From NCBI GenBank assembly GCA_965221485.1, contig OZ244893.1, forward strand, positions 1,995,529 through 2,059,528: DNA of 64,000 nt, written 5' to 3'. The translations under genes and the position numbers were made by a program. Under the pieces are notes generated by a model. The model did not search any database. It worked only from the letters and a program-made list of their open reading frames with translations, and was not told where the DNA came from. Positions 39,206-49,941 of the stretch are shown one piece after another. The DNA is from Alphaproteobacteria bacterium (GTDB taxonomy: Bacteria; Pseudomonadota; Alphaproteobacteria; MPNO01; UBA830). Every line of letters begins with the position of its first letter. The stretch's first letter is position 1.

Positions 39206-40525
39206 TTACAGCCGCCACAAATCCACATCCGGTGGACAATCATCCGGGGGAAGTATTGACTTGACGTCGATCACGGCGCCCCGTTCGGCACGAAGCAGTT
39301 TCTTCACACCTGCCCAGCCTGCATCCCGGAACAGCTGATGAGAAACTGCGACGATCACGCAATCTGCCGGTCGCAGGCTGGACACAGGGACGAGGTCGAG
39401 TTCGAACAATCGCCTGGCCTCACAGGGATCAGCAATCGGATCACAAATCTGGAGGTCAAACCCGTAATCGCGCAATTCTCTCACGATATCGATGACGCGC
39501 GTGTTACGCAGGTCCGCAACATTTTCCTTGAAAGTCAGACCCAATATGGTAACGACACGGTTTTGAGAGCCGCCGTCCAGCCTCGCGAGGTGTTTGACAG
39601 CTTGCTGGGCAACATAGGCACCCATCGCGTCATTGATGCGCCGGGCAGTGAGAATCAGCTCGGCGTAGGATCCCATGGTCGCGGCCTTGTGGGAGAGGTA
39701 ATAGGGATCGACCCCGATACAATGGCCTCCCACAAGTCCGGGGGTGAACGGCAGAAAGTTCCACTTTGTTCCTGCCACCGCCAGAACTTCACCGGTATCA
39801 ATGTCCATGCGGTCGAACAGCATCGCGATTTCATTCATGAAAGCGATATTCAGATCCCGCTGCGTGTTCTCGACCACCTTTGCAGCTTCGGCAATCCGGA
39901 TGCTGGAAGCGCGATGCACGCCCGCCGTTACCACCGATCCGTACACTGCGGAAATGATATCAAGTGTGCGTTTGTCCTGACCCGACACAACCTTCACGAT
40001 ATCGGCAAACCCTCGCGCCAAATCGCCTGGATTGATTCGCTCGGGTGAATAGCCAACCGTAAACTCCACACCGGCCGTCAACCCTGAGCAGTGCTCCAGC
40101 AACGGGACGCACTCATCTTCAGTGACTCCCGGATATACCGTGGATTCAAAAACCACAATGTCCCCTTCACCGAGCTGCTCGCCGACGATGCGGCATGCAG
40201 ACCGCACCTGGTCAAGATCGGGCCCTCGGGCTGCATTGACCGGGGTTGGTACCGTCACAATATGGAAATCGGCCCGGGCCAAATGCCGGGGATCGGCTGT
40301 AAATCCGATATCCGCTTCGGCAAGTGTCGTTGGATCGAATGCGCCTGTTCGATCAACGCCTGCAATCAGTTCGTCAATTCGCGCCCCGTCAATATCGAAG
40401 CCCACCACGCGGCCGTGGTTGCCGAAACTGACAGCGACGGGCAGACCCACGTAGCCAAGCCCCACCACCGAAATTTTGCGACCATGGCTCACAGCCGGGA
40501 TATCCCGGAACAAACGATTTGCCAC
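39206..40525 (-). CDS. Nucleotide-sugar dehydrogenase (UDP-glucose/GDP-mannose dehydrogenase family; WbpA/TviB-like)
   Basis: N-terminal NAD fold ISVVGLGYVGLPVA and the catalytic Cys region GGHCIGVDPYYL. Length is 439 aa. Confidence 0.8.
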   Translation of the reverse strand: MANRLFRDIPAVSHGRKISVVGLGYVGLPVAVSFGNHGRVVGFDIDGARIDELIAGVDRTGAFDPTTLAEADIGFTADPRHLARADFHIVTVPTPVNAARGPDLDQVRSACRIVGEQLGEGDIVVFESTVYPGVTEDECVPLLEHCSGLTAGVEFTVGYSPERINPGDLARGFADIVKVVSGQDKRTLDIISAVYGSVVTAGVHRASSIRIAEAAKVVENTQRDLNIAFMNEIAMLFDRMDIDTGEVLAVAGTKWNFLPFTPGLVGGHCIGVDPYYLSHKAATMGSYAELILTARRINDAMGAYVAQQAVKHLARLDGGSQNRVVTILGLTFKENVADLRNTRVIDIVRELRDYGFDLQICDPIADPCEARRLFELDLVPVSSLRPADCVIVAVSHQLFRDAGWAGVKKLLRAERGAVIDVKSILPPDDCPPDVDLWRL

Positions 40526-40984
40526 GTTGACCAGCCCGGCAACGGGTCAACAGCGTCGATTGTTGTCAATGCCGAACCGGTATCGCTGAACACGGCCTCG
40601 CGAAGGTCTGCACTCATGATGTCCCTATCCTCTGCCTCAACCTCGTCATCGCGACTTCCGGGTCTTCGTTACCGCCTGCAAACACTCCGGGCAAGCCCCG
40701 AACACGCTAACGGGGCAACCGACGCCGCCGGATTGCCCGATCAGTGTTCGCAAAGCCAATCAGTCACCCCATGGTCGACTGTCGAATGTCCCGGTCAGCG
40801 GTGCATCGAGAATAACCAGAGCCATCCGGCCTGCGCTCGGACCGTTCGCGCAAAATTTGCCGGGGCAGAATGGCGTTAAAGCGCGGACACCCCGATAAAC
40901 TGCCACAATGAACGTGCCTTGTTCGGTCAGAACTGGATTTACGCGCAAACCGGTCCTAACTTGCGAGGCGAGGAGTTGGCTTTC

Positions 40985-41833
40985 ATGCAGACCATCAACT
41001 GGGTTTCCCTTTCCCGGCGACGCATCCTGTCCTTGTCGGGGAACGATGCAAGACCTTTTCTTCAGGGACTGATCACGAACGACATAGACGGGATCGCACC
41101 ATCACGGGCAATCTACGCGGCTCTTCTGACACCCCAGGGAAGATTTCTCCACGATTTTTTCATTGCGCAGTGCGGTGATCGGCTCTTTGTGGATACCGAC
41201 ATGGACCATCTGCCTGATCTGTTGAAACGCCTGGGGATGTACAGGCTGCGCGCCAAAGTAGACATCCGGGACGAATCCGGACAATGGCGGGTCATCGCGC
41301 TCCCCGGAGATTCCGGCAGGGCCATCAGTCGAGAGCCGTGGCCCGGATGTGTGATTTTCGCCGATCCAAGAGACCCTGCGCTGGGCAGCAGAATCATTCT
41401 CCCTGCTGATTTTGCCGACACAGTCATCGGAAGCAAGGAATATTGTGAGGTCGATTTCAATGTCTATGAGCGTCTCCGCATCTCACGCGGGGTTCCGGAT
41501 GGCGCTGTTGACTGCATCCAGGACAAGACGCTTGCCCTTGAGGGACGGCTGGACGAATGCAACGGGATTTCGTTTGAAAAAGGCTGTTATGTCGGACAGG
41601 AAGTCACGACCCGGATGAAACACCGGAACCTTGTCAAGCGAAGTCTGGTCCCGGTCTCCTTCGACGGACCGCCGCCCGAACCCGGTAGTCCTGTGACGAG
41701 CGATGATCTCGATGCGGGGGAAATCCGTTCCGGTGTCGATGGCCTTGCACTTGCCATGGTGCGGCTTGACCTGGCGAGAAAAGGCGGCCTGGAGACCCGA
41801 GGCCGATCCCTGCTCCTGGCAGGACCGGTTTAG
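40985..41833 (+). CDS. ygfZ: YgfZ/CAF17 folate-binding Fe-S cluster assembly/repair protein
   Basis: The KGCYVGQE signature is present, with a GcvT-like fold. The ATG at 40985 has a GAGGAG RBS; the track ORF has a 22-aa extension. Confidence 0.8.
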   Translation: MQTINWVSLSRRRILSLSGNDARPFLQGLITNDIDGIAPSRAIYAALLTPQGRFLHDFFIAQCGDRLFVDTDMDHLPDLLKRLGMYRLRAKVDIRDESGQWRVIALPGDSGRAISREPWPGCVIFADPRDPALGSRIILPADFADTVIGSKEYCEVDFNVYERLRISRGVPDGAVDCIQDKTLALEGRLDECNGISFEKGCYVGQEVTTRMKHRNLVKRSLVPVSFDGPPPEPGSPVTSDDLDAGEIRSGVDGLALAMVRLDLARKGGLETRGRSLLLAGPV

Positions 41834-41865
41834 AGCCCCGCAGACCGGGTCGCCCTGCCTGCCTG

Positions 41866-42867
41866 CTACTTCCTCACGTCAATCACGACCCGCCCCCGGG
41901 TCTGTCCTTCGAGTATTTTCTGGCCGAGTTCCGTCAACTCGCCAAGCGTTGCCATCGTGGTCAGCGACCGAAGCCCGTCCAGTGAGAGATCGCGGGCAAG
42001 CCGCCGCCATGCCGTGCGTCGACGCTCATACGGACACATCACCGAATCTATTCCCAGCAACCGGACACCGCGTAACAGGAAAGGAATCACGGTTGTGTTC
42101 AGATCGCTGCCACCCGCCAGTCCGCATGAGGCCACCGCTCCTCCGTAAGCTATCTGGGGCAGTATGGAGGCCAGGGTCGCACCCCCGACCGAATCAATGC
42201 AGCCCGCCCACCGCTCTGAAAGCAAAGGGCGCTTCGGGGGCTCTGAGAGGTCGGACCGATCAATGATTTCGCTCGCTCCGAGCGACCGCAGATGATCCGC
42301 CTGATCGGAACGGCCGGTCGACGCAGCGACTTCGTAACCAAGACCCGCGAGCAAGGCGACCGCGACACCGCCAAGGCCGCCATTGGCGCCTGTTACCAGC
42401 ACCTTGCCGCAACTGGGATCGAGGCCCGCATCCTCCAGAGCCATGACCGCAAGCATGGCCGTGAAACCCGCTGTCCCGATAGCCATCGCCTGCTCGGTGG
42501 ACAATTCATCGGGGCAGGCCACAAGCCATTCCGACTTCACGCGTGCACGCCCGGAATATCCGCCCCAGTAACGCTCCCCGACACGCCAGCCCGTCAGGAT
42601 GACCCGGTCACCAGTCTGGTATCGGCTGGACGATGAGGACGCGACGGTTCCCGCAAAATCTATTCCCGGAACATGCGGATAGTCCCTGACCAGATTCCCG
42701 AGACCCTTCAAAATCAGTCCGTCCTTGTAGTTCAGGGTCGAGTGAGCCACCTCGACCACGACGTCACCGTCCGGCAGATCGGCTTCATCCAGCGTTCGGA
42801 TACTCCCGACAACCCTGTCGTCAACCTTGTCAAGGACAAATGCCCTGAATTCACCACTCTTTTCCAT
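41866..42867 (-). CDS. MDR-family NADPH-dependent oxidoreductase, YhdH/AcuI-like (acrylyl-CoA reductase family)
   Basis: 333 aa. It has the YhdH-type N-terminus (FRAFVLDK...DGDVVVEVAHSTLNYKDGL) and the Rossmann motif VTGANGGLGGVAVALLA. Confidence 0.75.
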   Translation of the reverse strand: MEKSGEFRAFVLDKVDDRVVGSIRTLDEADLPDGDVVVEVAHSTLNYKDGLILKGLGNLVRDYPHVPGIDFAGTVASSSSSRYQTGDRVILTGWRVGERYWGGYSGRARVKSEWLVACPDELSTEQAMAIGTAGFTAMLAVMALEDAGLDPSCGKVLVTGANGGLGGVAVALLAGLGYEVAASTGRSDQADHLRSLGASEIIDRSDLSEPPKRPLLSERWAGCIDSVGGATLASILPQIAYGGAVASCGLAGGSDLNTTVIPFLLRGVRLLGIDSVMCPYERRRTAWRRLARDLSLDGLRSLTTMATLGELTELGQKILEGQTRGRVVIDVRK

Positions 42868-42917
42868 GATCGCTCCCCTGTTTTTTCACAGCAACTTCAC
42901 GCCTTGTTCACCACTTT

Positions 42918-42934
42918 CTGCACAGCCTGTGCAG
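42918..42934. promoter_or_regulatory. Perfect 17-bp palindrome CTGCACAGcCTGTGCAG upstream of the acuI-like gene
   Basis: It lies ~50–65 bp upstream of the AcuI-like start (42867) and downstream of the ppdK stop. It is either an operator candidate or part of the ppdK terminator. Confidence 0.3.
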
Positions 42935-43039
42935 ATTGCTGGCCTACGCAGGACACCGGCTCGATCCGGTGCACCTCATGTCTGGAAGAATGGGCCATAC
43001 AATCGCGGGACGCGTTCGGCTCGCTGCGCCACTGAAGCG

Positions 43040-45718
43040 TCATTCCGTCCGGTTCAGACGCAAGGCCACCTGCGCAGCCGCCAGACGGGCTACCGGAACG
43101 CGATAGGGCGAGCAGGATACGTAGTCCAGACCTGTTTCCCCGCAGAACTGGATCGATGCAGGATCTCCTCCGTGCTCGCCGCAAACTCCGAGTTTAAGGT
43201 CGGGACGGACCTTGCGTCCGCGCTCGGCAGCCATACGGACAAGTTCACCAACACCATCGACATCAAGAGAAACGAACGGATCTGTCTCCAGAATCCCGCG
43301 CCGCGTATATTCGCTCAGCAGACTGCCGGTATCGTCGCGAGACAGCCCAAAGGTTGTCTGTGTCAGATCGTTCGTGCCAAATGAGAAGAATTCGGCCCCC
43401 TGGGCAATCTCTCCGGCGCGCAGGGCCGCTCGCGGTAACTCGATCATCGTGCCCACGACATATTTGACGGAAGTTCCGGAGTCCTCGAATACGCGGGAAG
43501 CAACCGCATCGATACGTTCGCGCAGGAGGTCGAACTCCTTGTGACCAAACACCAGGGGAATCATGACTTCAGGAGAGACCTCCTGGCCCGTTTCACAGGA
43601 GACTTCGCATGCCGCCTCAAAGATCGCTCGGGCCTGCATTTCGGCAATTTCGGGATAGGACAGGGCGAGGCGACAACCGCGAAGGCCAAGCATGGGGTTG
43701 ACCTCCTGCAGTTCGCGGGCTCTCGCCCGCACGGCATCGGCATCAACTCCGGCTGCAGAGGCCACCCGGCGGATTTCAGCTTCGTCCCTGGGCAGAAACT
43801 CATGCAGGGGCGGATCCAGCAGCCGGACGGCGACTGGTCGGTTGTGGGCAATGCGAAACAGTTCGACGAAGTCCTGCCTCTGCATTGGCAGGAGTTTGTC
43901 CAGCGCCACCTGCCGGGCTTCCTCGGATCGCGCCAGAATCATCTCCCGAACCGCAACAATGCGCTCCGAATCGAAGAACATGTGCTCGGTTCGACACAAA
44001 CCGATCCCTTCCGCGCCAAAGCCGAATGCAGTATCGCAATCGCTGGTCGTCTCGGCATTGGCACGGACTCCCAAAGTCCGGATTTCATCGGCCCAGGTCA
44101 TCAAACGCAGGAACTCTTCTGACATCTCGGGTTGCTGGCTGGCGATTTCTCCCAGCATCACCTCGCCGGTCGTTCCGTCGATCGTCATCATTTCGCCGGC
44201 ACGGACGATCTGTCCTGATGCTTCCAGACAACCCGAAGCCGGATCGACACGGGCTCCTCCCACCCCGACGACACAGGGGCGGCCCATCCCCCGGGCCACA
44301 ACAGCTGCATGACTTGTCATTCCTCCCCGGCAGGTAAGAATTCCGGACGCCGCATGCATGCCATGGATATCCTCAGGGCTTGTTTCCATCCTCACGAGTA
44401 TGGAGCGAATTCCCTGGGCTGCCATGCGCTCGGCTTCATCGGCGGTGAACACTGCCACACCCGAAGCCGCGCCCGGCGACGCCGGCAAACCCCGAGCCAG
44501 CAGGACCCGGGGAGCATCCGGATCCAGGACGGGATGCAACAACTGATTGAGCGCCTCCGGATCAATTCTCGAGACGGCATCGCTGCGCGAGATCAGCCCC
44601 TCATCCACGAGGTCGCAAGCAATTCTCAAAGCCGCTTTTGTCGTTCGTTTTCCCGACCGTGTTTGCAGAAACCAGAGCCTGTGCTGTTGAATGGTAAATT
44701 CAATGTCCTGCATGTCACCGAAATGCTGCTCGAGTGTTGTACCGAGCTGACAGAGTTCCCTGAATTCCTCGGGAAACGCTTCCTCAAAGACCGGGATTGA
44801 ATCATCGTGCAGACTCTTGCCCGCATCCGTCAGTGCCTGCGGTGTGCGGAGGCCTGCCACCAGGTCCTCGCCCTGGGCGTTGACCAGATACTCCCCGAAA
44901 CGCTCGCTTTCTCCCGTCGATGGATTACGGGTAAAAAACACACCGGTTGCACAGTCGTTGCCCATATTTCCAAACACCATCGCCTGGACACTGGCTGCTG
45001 TTCCCCAGCTCGCATCGATACCGTGAAGTTGACGGTAGGTCTGTGCGCGCCGGTTGTTCCAGCTATCAAAAACAGCTGATACAGCTCCCCAGAGCTGCTG
45101 CCCGGGGTCCTGGGGAAAGGGCTCACCGGATTCCTGCTCGATCAGCTGCTTGAACGCGTCCACGACAGCACGCCAGTCATCGGCTTCAAGCTCCGAGTCG
45201 AGAGCCACATTGTTTCGTGCCCGCCCCATGTCGGTCAGGTCTTCGAAGCGGCCAATATCGATCCCGAGAACCACGTTTCCATACATTTGTATAAAGCGCC
45301 GATAACTGTCCCAGGCAAATCGGGGATCACCGCTCCGGTGGGCAAGCCCCTCGACAGTCCGGTCATTGAGGCCCAGATTGAGAATGGTATCCAGCATGCC
45401 CGGCATCGAGACCCGGGCACCGGAACGCACCGAGACCAGCAGGGGATTACCGGCATCGCCGAAGCCGGCCCCTATGGTCTCTTCAATGGCCGCCAGCCCC
45501 TGTAGGACTTCATCTTCGAGACCATCAGGCAAGCGGCAGCCATGATCAAAATAGGCAATACATGCGTCGGTAGTGATCGTGAAACCTGGGGGGACAGGAA
45601 GACCCAGTCGAGACATTTCGGCAAGATTGGCGCCCTTGCCGCCCAGCCGGTCGGCCATGTCGGCTGTGCCCTCTGCCACGCCGCCGCCAAATCTGTAAAC
45701 CCACTTCCCGTCACCCAT
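43040..45718 (-). CDS. ppdK: Pyruvate, phosphate dikinase
   Basis: 892 aa with the PEP-utilising enzyme signature around the catalytic His (GGMTSHAAVVARGMG), an N-terminal ATP-grasp domain and a C-terminal TIM barrel. Confidence 0.95.
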   Translation of the reverse strand: MGDGKWVYRFGGGVAEGTADMADRLGGKGANLAEMSRLGLPVPPGFTITTDACIAYFDHGCRLPDGLEDEVLQGLAAIEETIGAGFGDAGNPLLVSVRSGARVSMPGMLDTILNLGLNDRTVEGLAHRSGDPRFAWDSYRRFIQMYGNVVLGIDIGRFEDLTDMGRARNNVALDSELEADDWRAVVDAFKQLIEQESGEPFPQDPGQQLWGAVSAVFDSWNNRRAQTYRQLHGIDASWGTAASVQAMVFGNMGNDCATGVFFTRNPSTGESERFGEYLVNAQGEDLVAGLRTPQALTDAGKSLHDDSIPVFEEAFPEEFRELCQLGTTLEQHFGDMQDIEFTIQQHRLWFLQTRSGKRTTKAALRIACDLVDEGLISRSDAVSRIDPEALNQLLHPVLDPDAPRVLLARGLPASPGAASGVAVFTADEAERMAAQGIRSILVRMETSPEDIHGMHAASGILTCRGGMTSHAAVVARGMGRPCVVGVGGARVDPASGCLEASGQIVRAGEMMTIDGTTGEVMLGEIASQQPEMSEEFLRLMTWADEIRTLGVRANAETTSDCDTAFGFGAEGIGLCRTEHMFFDSERIVAVREMILARSEEARQVALDKLLPMQRQDFVELFRIAHNRPVAVRLLDPPLHEFLPRDEAEIRRVASAAGVDADAVRARARELQEVNPMLGLRGCRLALSYPEIAEMQARAIFEAACEVSCETGQEVSPEVMIPLVFGHKEFDLLRERIDAVASRVFEDSGTSVKYVVGTMIELPRAALRAGEIAQGAEFFSFGTNDLTQTTFGLSRDDTGSLLSEYTRRGILETDPFVSLDVDGVGELVRMAAERGRKVRPDLKLGVCGEHGGDPASIQFCGETGLDYVSCSPYRVPVARLAAAQVALRLNRTE

Positions 45719-45724
45719 GGGGTC

Positions 45725-47851
45725 TTACCCTTCTATCATCGAAAAATCGCCAATTTTCCCGAGTGTTGCACGAAACCGGGACAGGAGCCGGAGACGATTC
45801 AAACGCAATTCCGGATCCTCCGAGTTCACCGTCACGGTATCGAAAAACCGATCAACCGGCTGACGCAGCGCTGCCATGGCTTTCATGGCATCAACATAGC
45901 GCTCGTTGACAACAGCCGTTTGAGCGGCTCCGGATGCCCGATCAAGCTCTTGGGCCAGATCCCGTTCCTCGGCAGTGACGAGCCGTCCCACGTCTGGCTC
46001 GCCCGCGTGAGACACACCATCGCGTTTTTCCTCGATCGCTACGATATTGCTGGCTCGCCTGTAGGCCATCAACAAATTGCCCCCGTCAGCCGAGTCCAGG
46101 AAATCCGACAGGGCACCGACCCGCGCCAGGAGTCGCACCAGATCATCCTCGTCGCCCAGTGCGAAAACCGCAGAAATGTGGTCATGGGCTGTGCCCTCGG
46201 CACGCAAATGCACCTTCAATCGATCCGCGAAAAAGCCGAGAAGTTCGTTCTCCAGATCGTCCGGCATCATCGCCCCTTCCGGCATGGTCCAGGCATCAAC
46301 CCGGTCATACCCGGTTCGGGCGAGCCTGAACGCCGTACGAAGCGGCAACCGCAGGTCATTTTCGACGACGAGACGAATAATTCCCAACGCTGCCCGCCGC
46401 AACGCGTAAGGATCCCGGGAACCGGTCGGTTTTTCACCAACGGCGAAAAATCCTGCAACCGTGTCAAACTTGTCAGCCAATGCAACCACGATGGACAATG
46501 GCGCCGTAGGGCATTGGTCGGAAGGTCCTGCCGGTGCATAGTGCGCCGCGATCGCATCTGCGACGGATTTCTTTTCGCCGTCACCCAGGGCGTAATACCG
46601 GCCCATCACGCCCTGCAATTCGGGAAATTCACCTACCATCTCGGTCACGAGATCGGCCTTGGCCAGCCAGGCCGCCCTGGCCGCGTCTTCCGGATCGCAG
46701 TCCGGGACGAATTCGGCAAGATGTCTGGCCAGCATGGTCAATCGCTGCACCCTGTGAGCCATCGAACCCAGCTGCGCATGAAAGACTATGTCCTCGAGGG
46801 ATCCGACCCGCTCTGCGAGCGGAAGCCTGCGGTCCTGATCCCAGAAAAACTTGGCGTCCGAAAGCCGGGCACGGAGCACCCGTTCATTGCCAGCGACAAT
46901 CTCCTTGCCGCCATCGTCGGCTTCAAGACCGGCGACGACAACGAAACGGGGCGCCAGTGATCCATCCGGCTTCAGCAACGGAAAATACTTCTGGTGTATT
47001 CGCATCGAGGTCATCAGGACTTCCGCCGGGAGGTCCATGAACCCGGAATCGATCTGCCCGGCAAGGGGAACCGGCCACTCCACCAAACCTGCGACCTCGT
47101 CGATGAGACCGGGGTCATCATGAACGCGAAGGCCGGCCTCCGCCGCCAGCCTCGTCACCCCTTCGCGGATGACACTTTTTCGCTCTTCCTGATCAAGCAT
47201 GACAAAGGCTGAACGGAGGCGGGCTTCATAATCAGCAAAGTTGAGAACCGGAATTTCAGCGGGAGCCATGAAGCGGTGACCGCTGGTGGTATCAGTCCAG
47301 GCCGCAACCCCGGAGTCCTTCAGCCGGTCTCTCGGCAGTCCGGTTGATAGCGGCACCTTCCGGTCCCCCTCTGTGAGGACGCAAACGACACGCTCCAGCG
47401 GCCTTACCCAGCGCAGATCTCCGGAACCCCAGCGCATTGACTTTGGCCAGGACAGACCTGCAATGGCTTCGGCGAGCAAAGGCACCAGGATCTCTCCCGT
47501 ATCCCTGCCCGGTTCAACGCGAACGGCGAAAAGAAACCGTCCGTTCGGAGTGTCCCGTTCCTCGCATTGATCCCTGGTCAACCCGTTCGCACGGAGAAAA
47601 CCCTCGATGGCGCGTTCCGGGGCTTCAACCCGTGGGCCACGCCTTTCCTCGCGTCGTTCAGGCTGGCGCTCCGGAAGATCGTCGATGACCAGCACCAGCC
47701 GCCGGGGCGTGACGAAATGACGCACCAACCCATGGTCAAGGCCGGCACCCTTCAACTGGCCGCAGACGCGCTGTTCGAGCTGTTCACCCCCCCGCTCCTG
47801 CATCCGGAAAGGTATTTCTTCGGATTTGAGTTCCAGAATCAGCTGGAGCAC
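45725..47851 (-). CDS. glyS: Glycine--tRNA ligase beta subunit
   Basis: ~708 aa from the GTG at 47851 ([14 protein letters not shown]...), matching the E. coli GlyS N-terminus. It overlaps the glyQ stop. Confidence 0.9.
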   Translation of the reverse strand: MLQLILELKSEEIPFRMQERGGEQLEQRVCGQLKGAGLDHGLVRHFVTPRRLVLVIDDLPERQPERREERRGPRVEAPERAIEGFLRANGLTRDQCEERDTPNGRFLFAVRVEPGRDTGEILVPLLAEAIAGLSWPKSMRWGSGDLRWVRPLERVVCVLTEGDRKVPLSTGLPRDRLKDSGVAAWTDTTSGHRFMAPAEIPVLNFADYEARLRSAFVMLDQEERKSVIREGVTRLAAEAGLRVHDDPGLIDEVAGLVEWPVPLAGQIDSGFMDLPAEVLMTSMRIHQKYFPLLKPDGSLAPRFVVVAGLEADDGGKEIVAGNERVLRARLSDAKFFWDQDRRLPLAERVGSLEDIVFHAQLGSMAHRVQRLTMLARHLAEFVPDCDPEDAARAAWLAKADLVTEMVGEFPELQGVMGRYYALGDGEKKSVADAIAAHYAPAGPSDQCPTAPLSIVVALADKFDTVAGFFAVGEKPTGSRDPYALRRAALGIIRLVVENDLRLPLRTAFRLARTGYDRVDAWTMPEGAMMPDDLENELLGFFADRLKVHLRAEGTAHDHISAVFALGDEDDLVRLLARVGALSDFLDSADGGNLLMAYRRASNIVAIEEKRDGVSHAGEPDVGRLVTAEERDLAQELDRASGAAQTAVVNERYVDAMKAMAALRQPVDRFFDTVTVNSEDPELRLNRLRLLSRFRATLGKIGDFSMIEG

Positions 47852-48744
47852 AGCGACGACGACCCCTGCCCTGCGTTGCTGTCGGCCGTCAGCCAGGTTT
47901 CGCAGCACCCCCTCGCCAGGGTCCTTACCCGGCCGATATAGGAAGCGCGTTCAGTCACGCTGATTGCGTGGCGGGCATCGAGGAGATTGAAGACGTGACT
48001 TGCCTTGATGCATTGGTCATAAGCAGGCAGGGCAAGTTTCCGCTCCAGCAGCGAGGCACATTCCTGTTCAGCGATCGTAAATTGCCGGAACAGGGCATCG
48101 GTGTTCGCATGCTCGAAGTTATAGGCGGAAAATTCCTGCTCCGCACGGAGAAATACATCACCGTAGGTCACGCCCTGTCCGTTGAAGTCTAGGTCATAGA
48201 CATTTTCGATCCCCTGGACATACATGGCCAGCCGCTCGAGCCCGTACGTCAATTCGACAGGAACCGGATCGCAGTCGATGCCGCCAACCTGCTGAAAATA
48301 CGTGAACTGTGTCACTTCCATACCGTCGCACCAGACCTCCCAGCCGAGACCAGCCGCTCCGAGCGTGGGGCTTTCCCAGTCGTCTTCCACGAATCGAATG
48401 TCGTGGTGTTCCGGATCGATTCCAAGTGTACGCAGGCTGCCGAGATACAGGGTCTGACTGTCTGGAGGAGAGGGTTTCAGAATCACCTGGTATTGATAGT
48501 AGTGCTGCAAGCGGTTCGGGTTTTGCCCGTAGCGTCCGTCCGTAGGACGCCTTGATGGCTGAACATAGGCCGCCTTCCAGTGATCCGGTCCGAGCGCCCT
48601 CAATGTTGTCGCCGGATGGAACGTTCCGGCACCGACTTCCATGTCATAGGGCTGCAAGATTACACAGCCCTGCTCTGCCCAGTAGGCGTGCAACCTGAGA
48701 ATCAGTGACTGGAACGAATTGTCGGAAGGGTTTGATGACAGCAT
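47839..48744 (-). CDS. glyQ: Glycine--tRNA ligase alpha subunit
   Basis: The start was set at the ATG at 48744 ([27 protein letters not shown]...), matching E. coli GlyQ. The protein is highly conserved throughout. Confidence 0.9.
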   Translation of the reverse strand: MLSSNPSDNSFQSLILRLHAYWAEQGCVILQPYDMEVGAGTFHPATTLRALGPDHWKAAYVQPSRRPTDGRYGQNPNRLQHYYQYQVILKPSPPDSQTLYLGSLRTLGIDPEHHDIRFVEDDWESPTLGAAGLGWEVWCDGMEVTQFTYFQQVGGIDCDPVPVELTYGLERLAMYVQGIENVYDLDFNGQGVTYGDVFLRAEQEFSAYNFEHANTDALFRQFTIAEQECASLLERKLALPAYDQCIKASHVFNLLDARHAISVTERASYIGRVRTLARGCCETWLTADSNAGQGSSSLCSS

Positions 48745-48837
48745 GCCGGCCGACCCGGTTGAAAGCGATTGCTGCACCGCACAATAAAATCCCCGCCCCC
48801 TGCCGTCAATGTGGCCGGAAGTGCAAACCTGCGGCGC

Positions 48838-49056
48838 TCATGATCGGGGAAAGGTGCAGTCGCCTCTTCCGCAATGGCGCTGGTTGGCACCCACATAAGC
48901 ATCACAGATCGGACAGGGCCGCAAATCCTCGATCCCCTCCTTTTTCCTGCGATGCCGGGCGAGTTGCTGTTCCTTGTTACGCCGAATAATGATCTTGAAG
49001 CCGTACCAGACGACCGCAACAATCGCGATCAGGACAAGCCATTTGGCGATCATCAA
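48838..49056 (-). CDS. Small membrane protein with a C-terminal zinc-ribbon-like CxxC...CGxGDC motif
   Basis: 72 aa with one TM helix (IAKWLVLIAIVAVVWYGFKIII), a basic linker and CPICDAYV...HCGRGDC. It sits between sppA and glyQ on the same strand. Confidence 0.45.
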   Translation of the reverse strand: MMIAKWLVLIAIVAVVWYGFKIIIRRNKEQQLARHRRKKEGIEDLRPCPICDAYVGANQRHCGRGDCTFPRS

Positions 49057-49062
49057 TAATCC

Positions 49063-49926
49063 TCAGATCTTGAAGCGCTGCCACAGCGCCCATTCATCGA
49101 GCGCCGCCACGATCTCGGCAGGCTCGATGGTCACGGTAAGACCCCGGCGAAGTCGGCTCACCATACCGCGTTTTATCGTAGCATGGTGGAATCTGACCTT
49201 GTCTCCGAGACGTCGTCTCATTTCTGTCCGTAATTCCGCAATTCCGTCAGCGAGACCGATTTCACAGGCCTGGCGACCAGTCCAGATGTCGCCAGTGAAC
49301 AATGCATCATCCGCCGATGGCAGCCGATCGCCGCGACGCTTGCGTACATAGTCCCTGAAACTGTCGAATATGTCAGACTGCAGTTCACGCAGACGCTCGA
49401 CATGTTCGGTATTCTCCTCCTGGAAAGGATCGAGCATTCCCTTTCGATGGCCACTTGCATGGACACGGCGTTCGATCCCGGCGCGTTCCAGAAGGTCCGC
49501 GAATCCGAAGCCCGCAAAAATCACACCTATTGACCCGACCAGGGAATTGGAGTCGACATAGATTTCGTCAGCCGCACAGGCAAGCCAATATCCTCCGGAA
49601 GCAGCAACATCCTCACAGAACGCGATAACAGGAACCTGCTTTTCCTCTGCCAGGTTTCTAATTCTCTGCGCAATCAGTGAGGACTGGACGGGTGATCCTC
49701 CCGGCGAATTCACAATGATTGCGACCGCACTCAGTCCACGCCTCGCGAATACACTCGAGATGACCCTCTGATAGGACTGAAGGGTCATTCCGGCCCGACC
49801 CGGGCGAGAACCACCGATCACGCCTTCAAAGCGAATAACGCCGACCCGGGGCGGTGATTCACGAAACCAGCCGAGCGGCAATCTGGCGAGCAGGTCGGCA
49901 ATCCAATCCTTGAGCGCATCTATCAT
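49063..49926 (-). CDS. sppA: S49-family signal-peptide peptidase (SppA/SohB-like)
   Basis: Catalytic Ser context AASGGYWLA and the Lys block. Confidence 0.8.
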   Translation of the reverse strand: MIDALKDWIADLLARLPLGWFRESPPRVGVIRFEGVIGGSRPGRAGMTLQSYQRVISSVFARRGLSAVAIIVNSPGGSPVQSSLIAQRIRNLAEEKQVPVIAFCEDVAASGGYWLACAADEIYVDSNSLVGSIGVIFAGFGFADLLERAGIERRVHASGHRKGMLDPFQEENTEHVERLRELQSDIFDSFRDYVRKRRGDRLPSADDALFTGDIWTGRQACEIGLADGIAELRTEMRRRLGDKVRFHHATIKRGMVSRLRRGLTVTIEPAEIVAALDEWALWQRFKI

Positions 49927-49941
49927 GATGAACCGGTTATA

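Noticed and set aside
45542-46960. 472-aa + strand ORF
   Set aside because: It is antisense to glyS.
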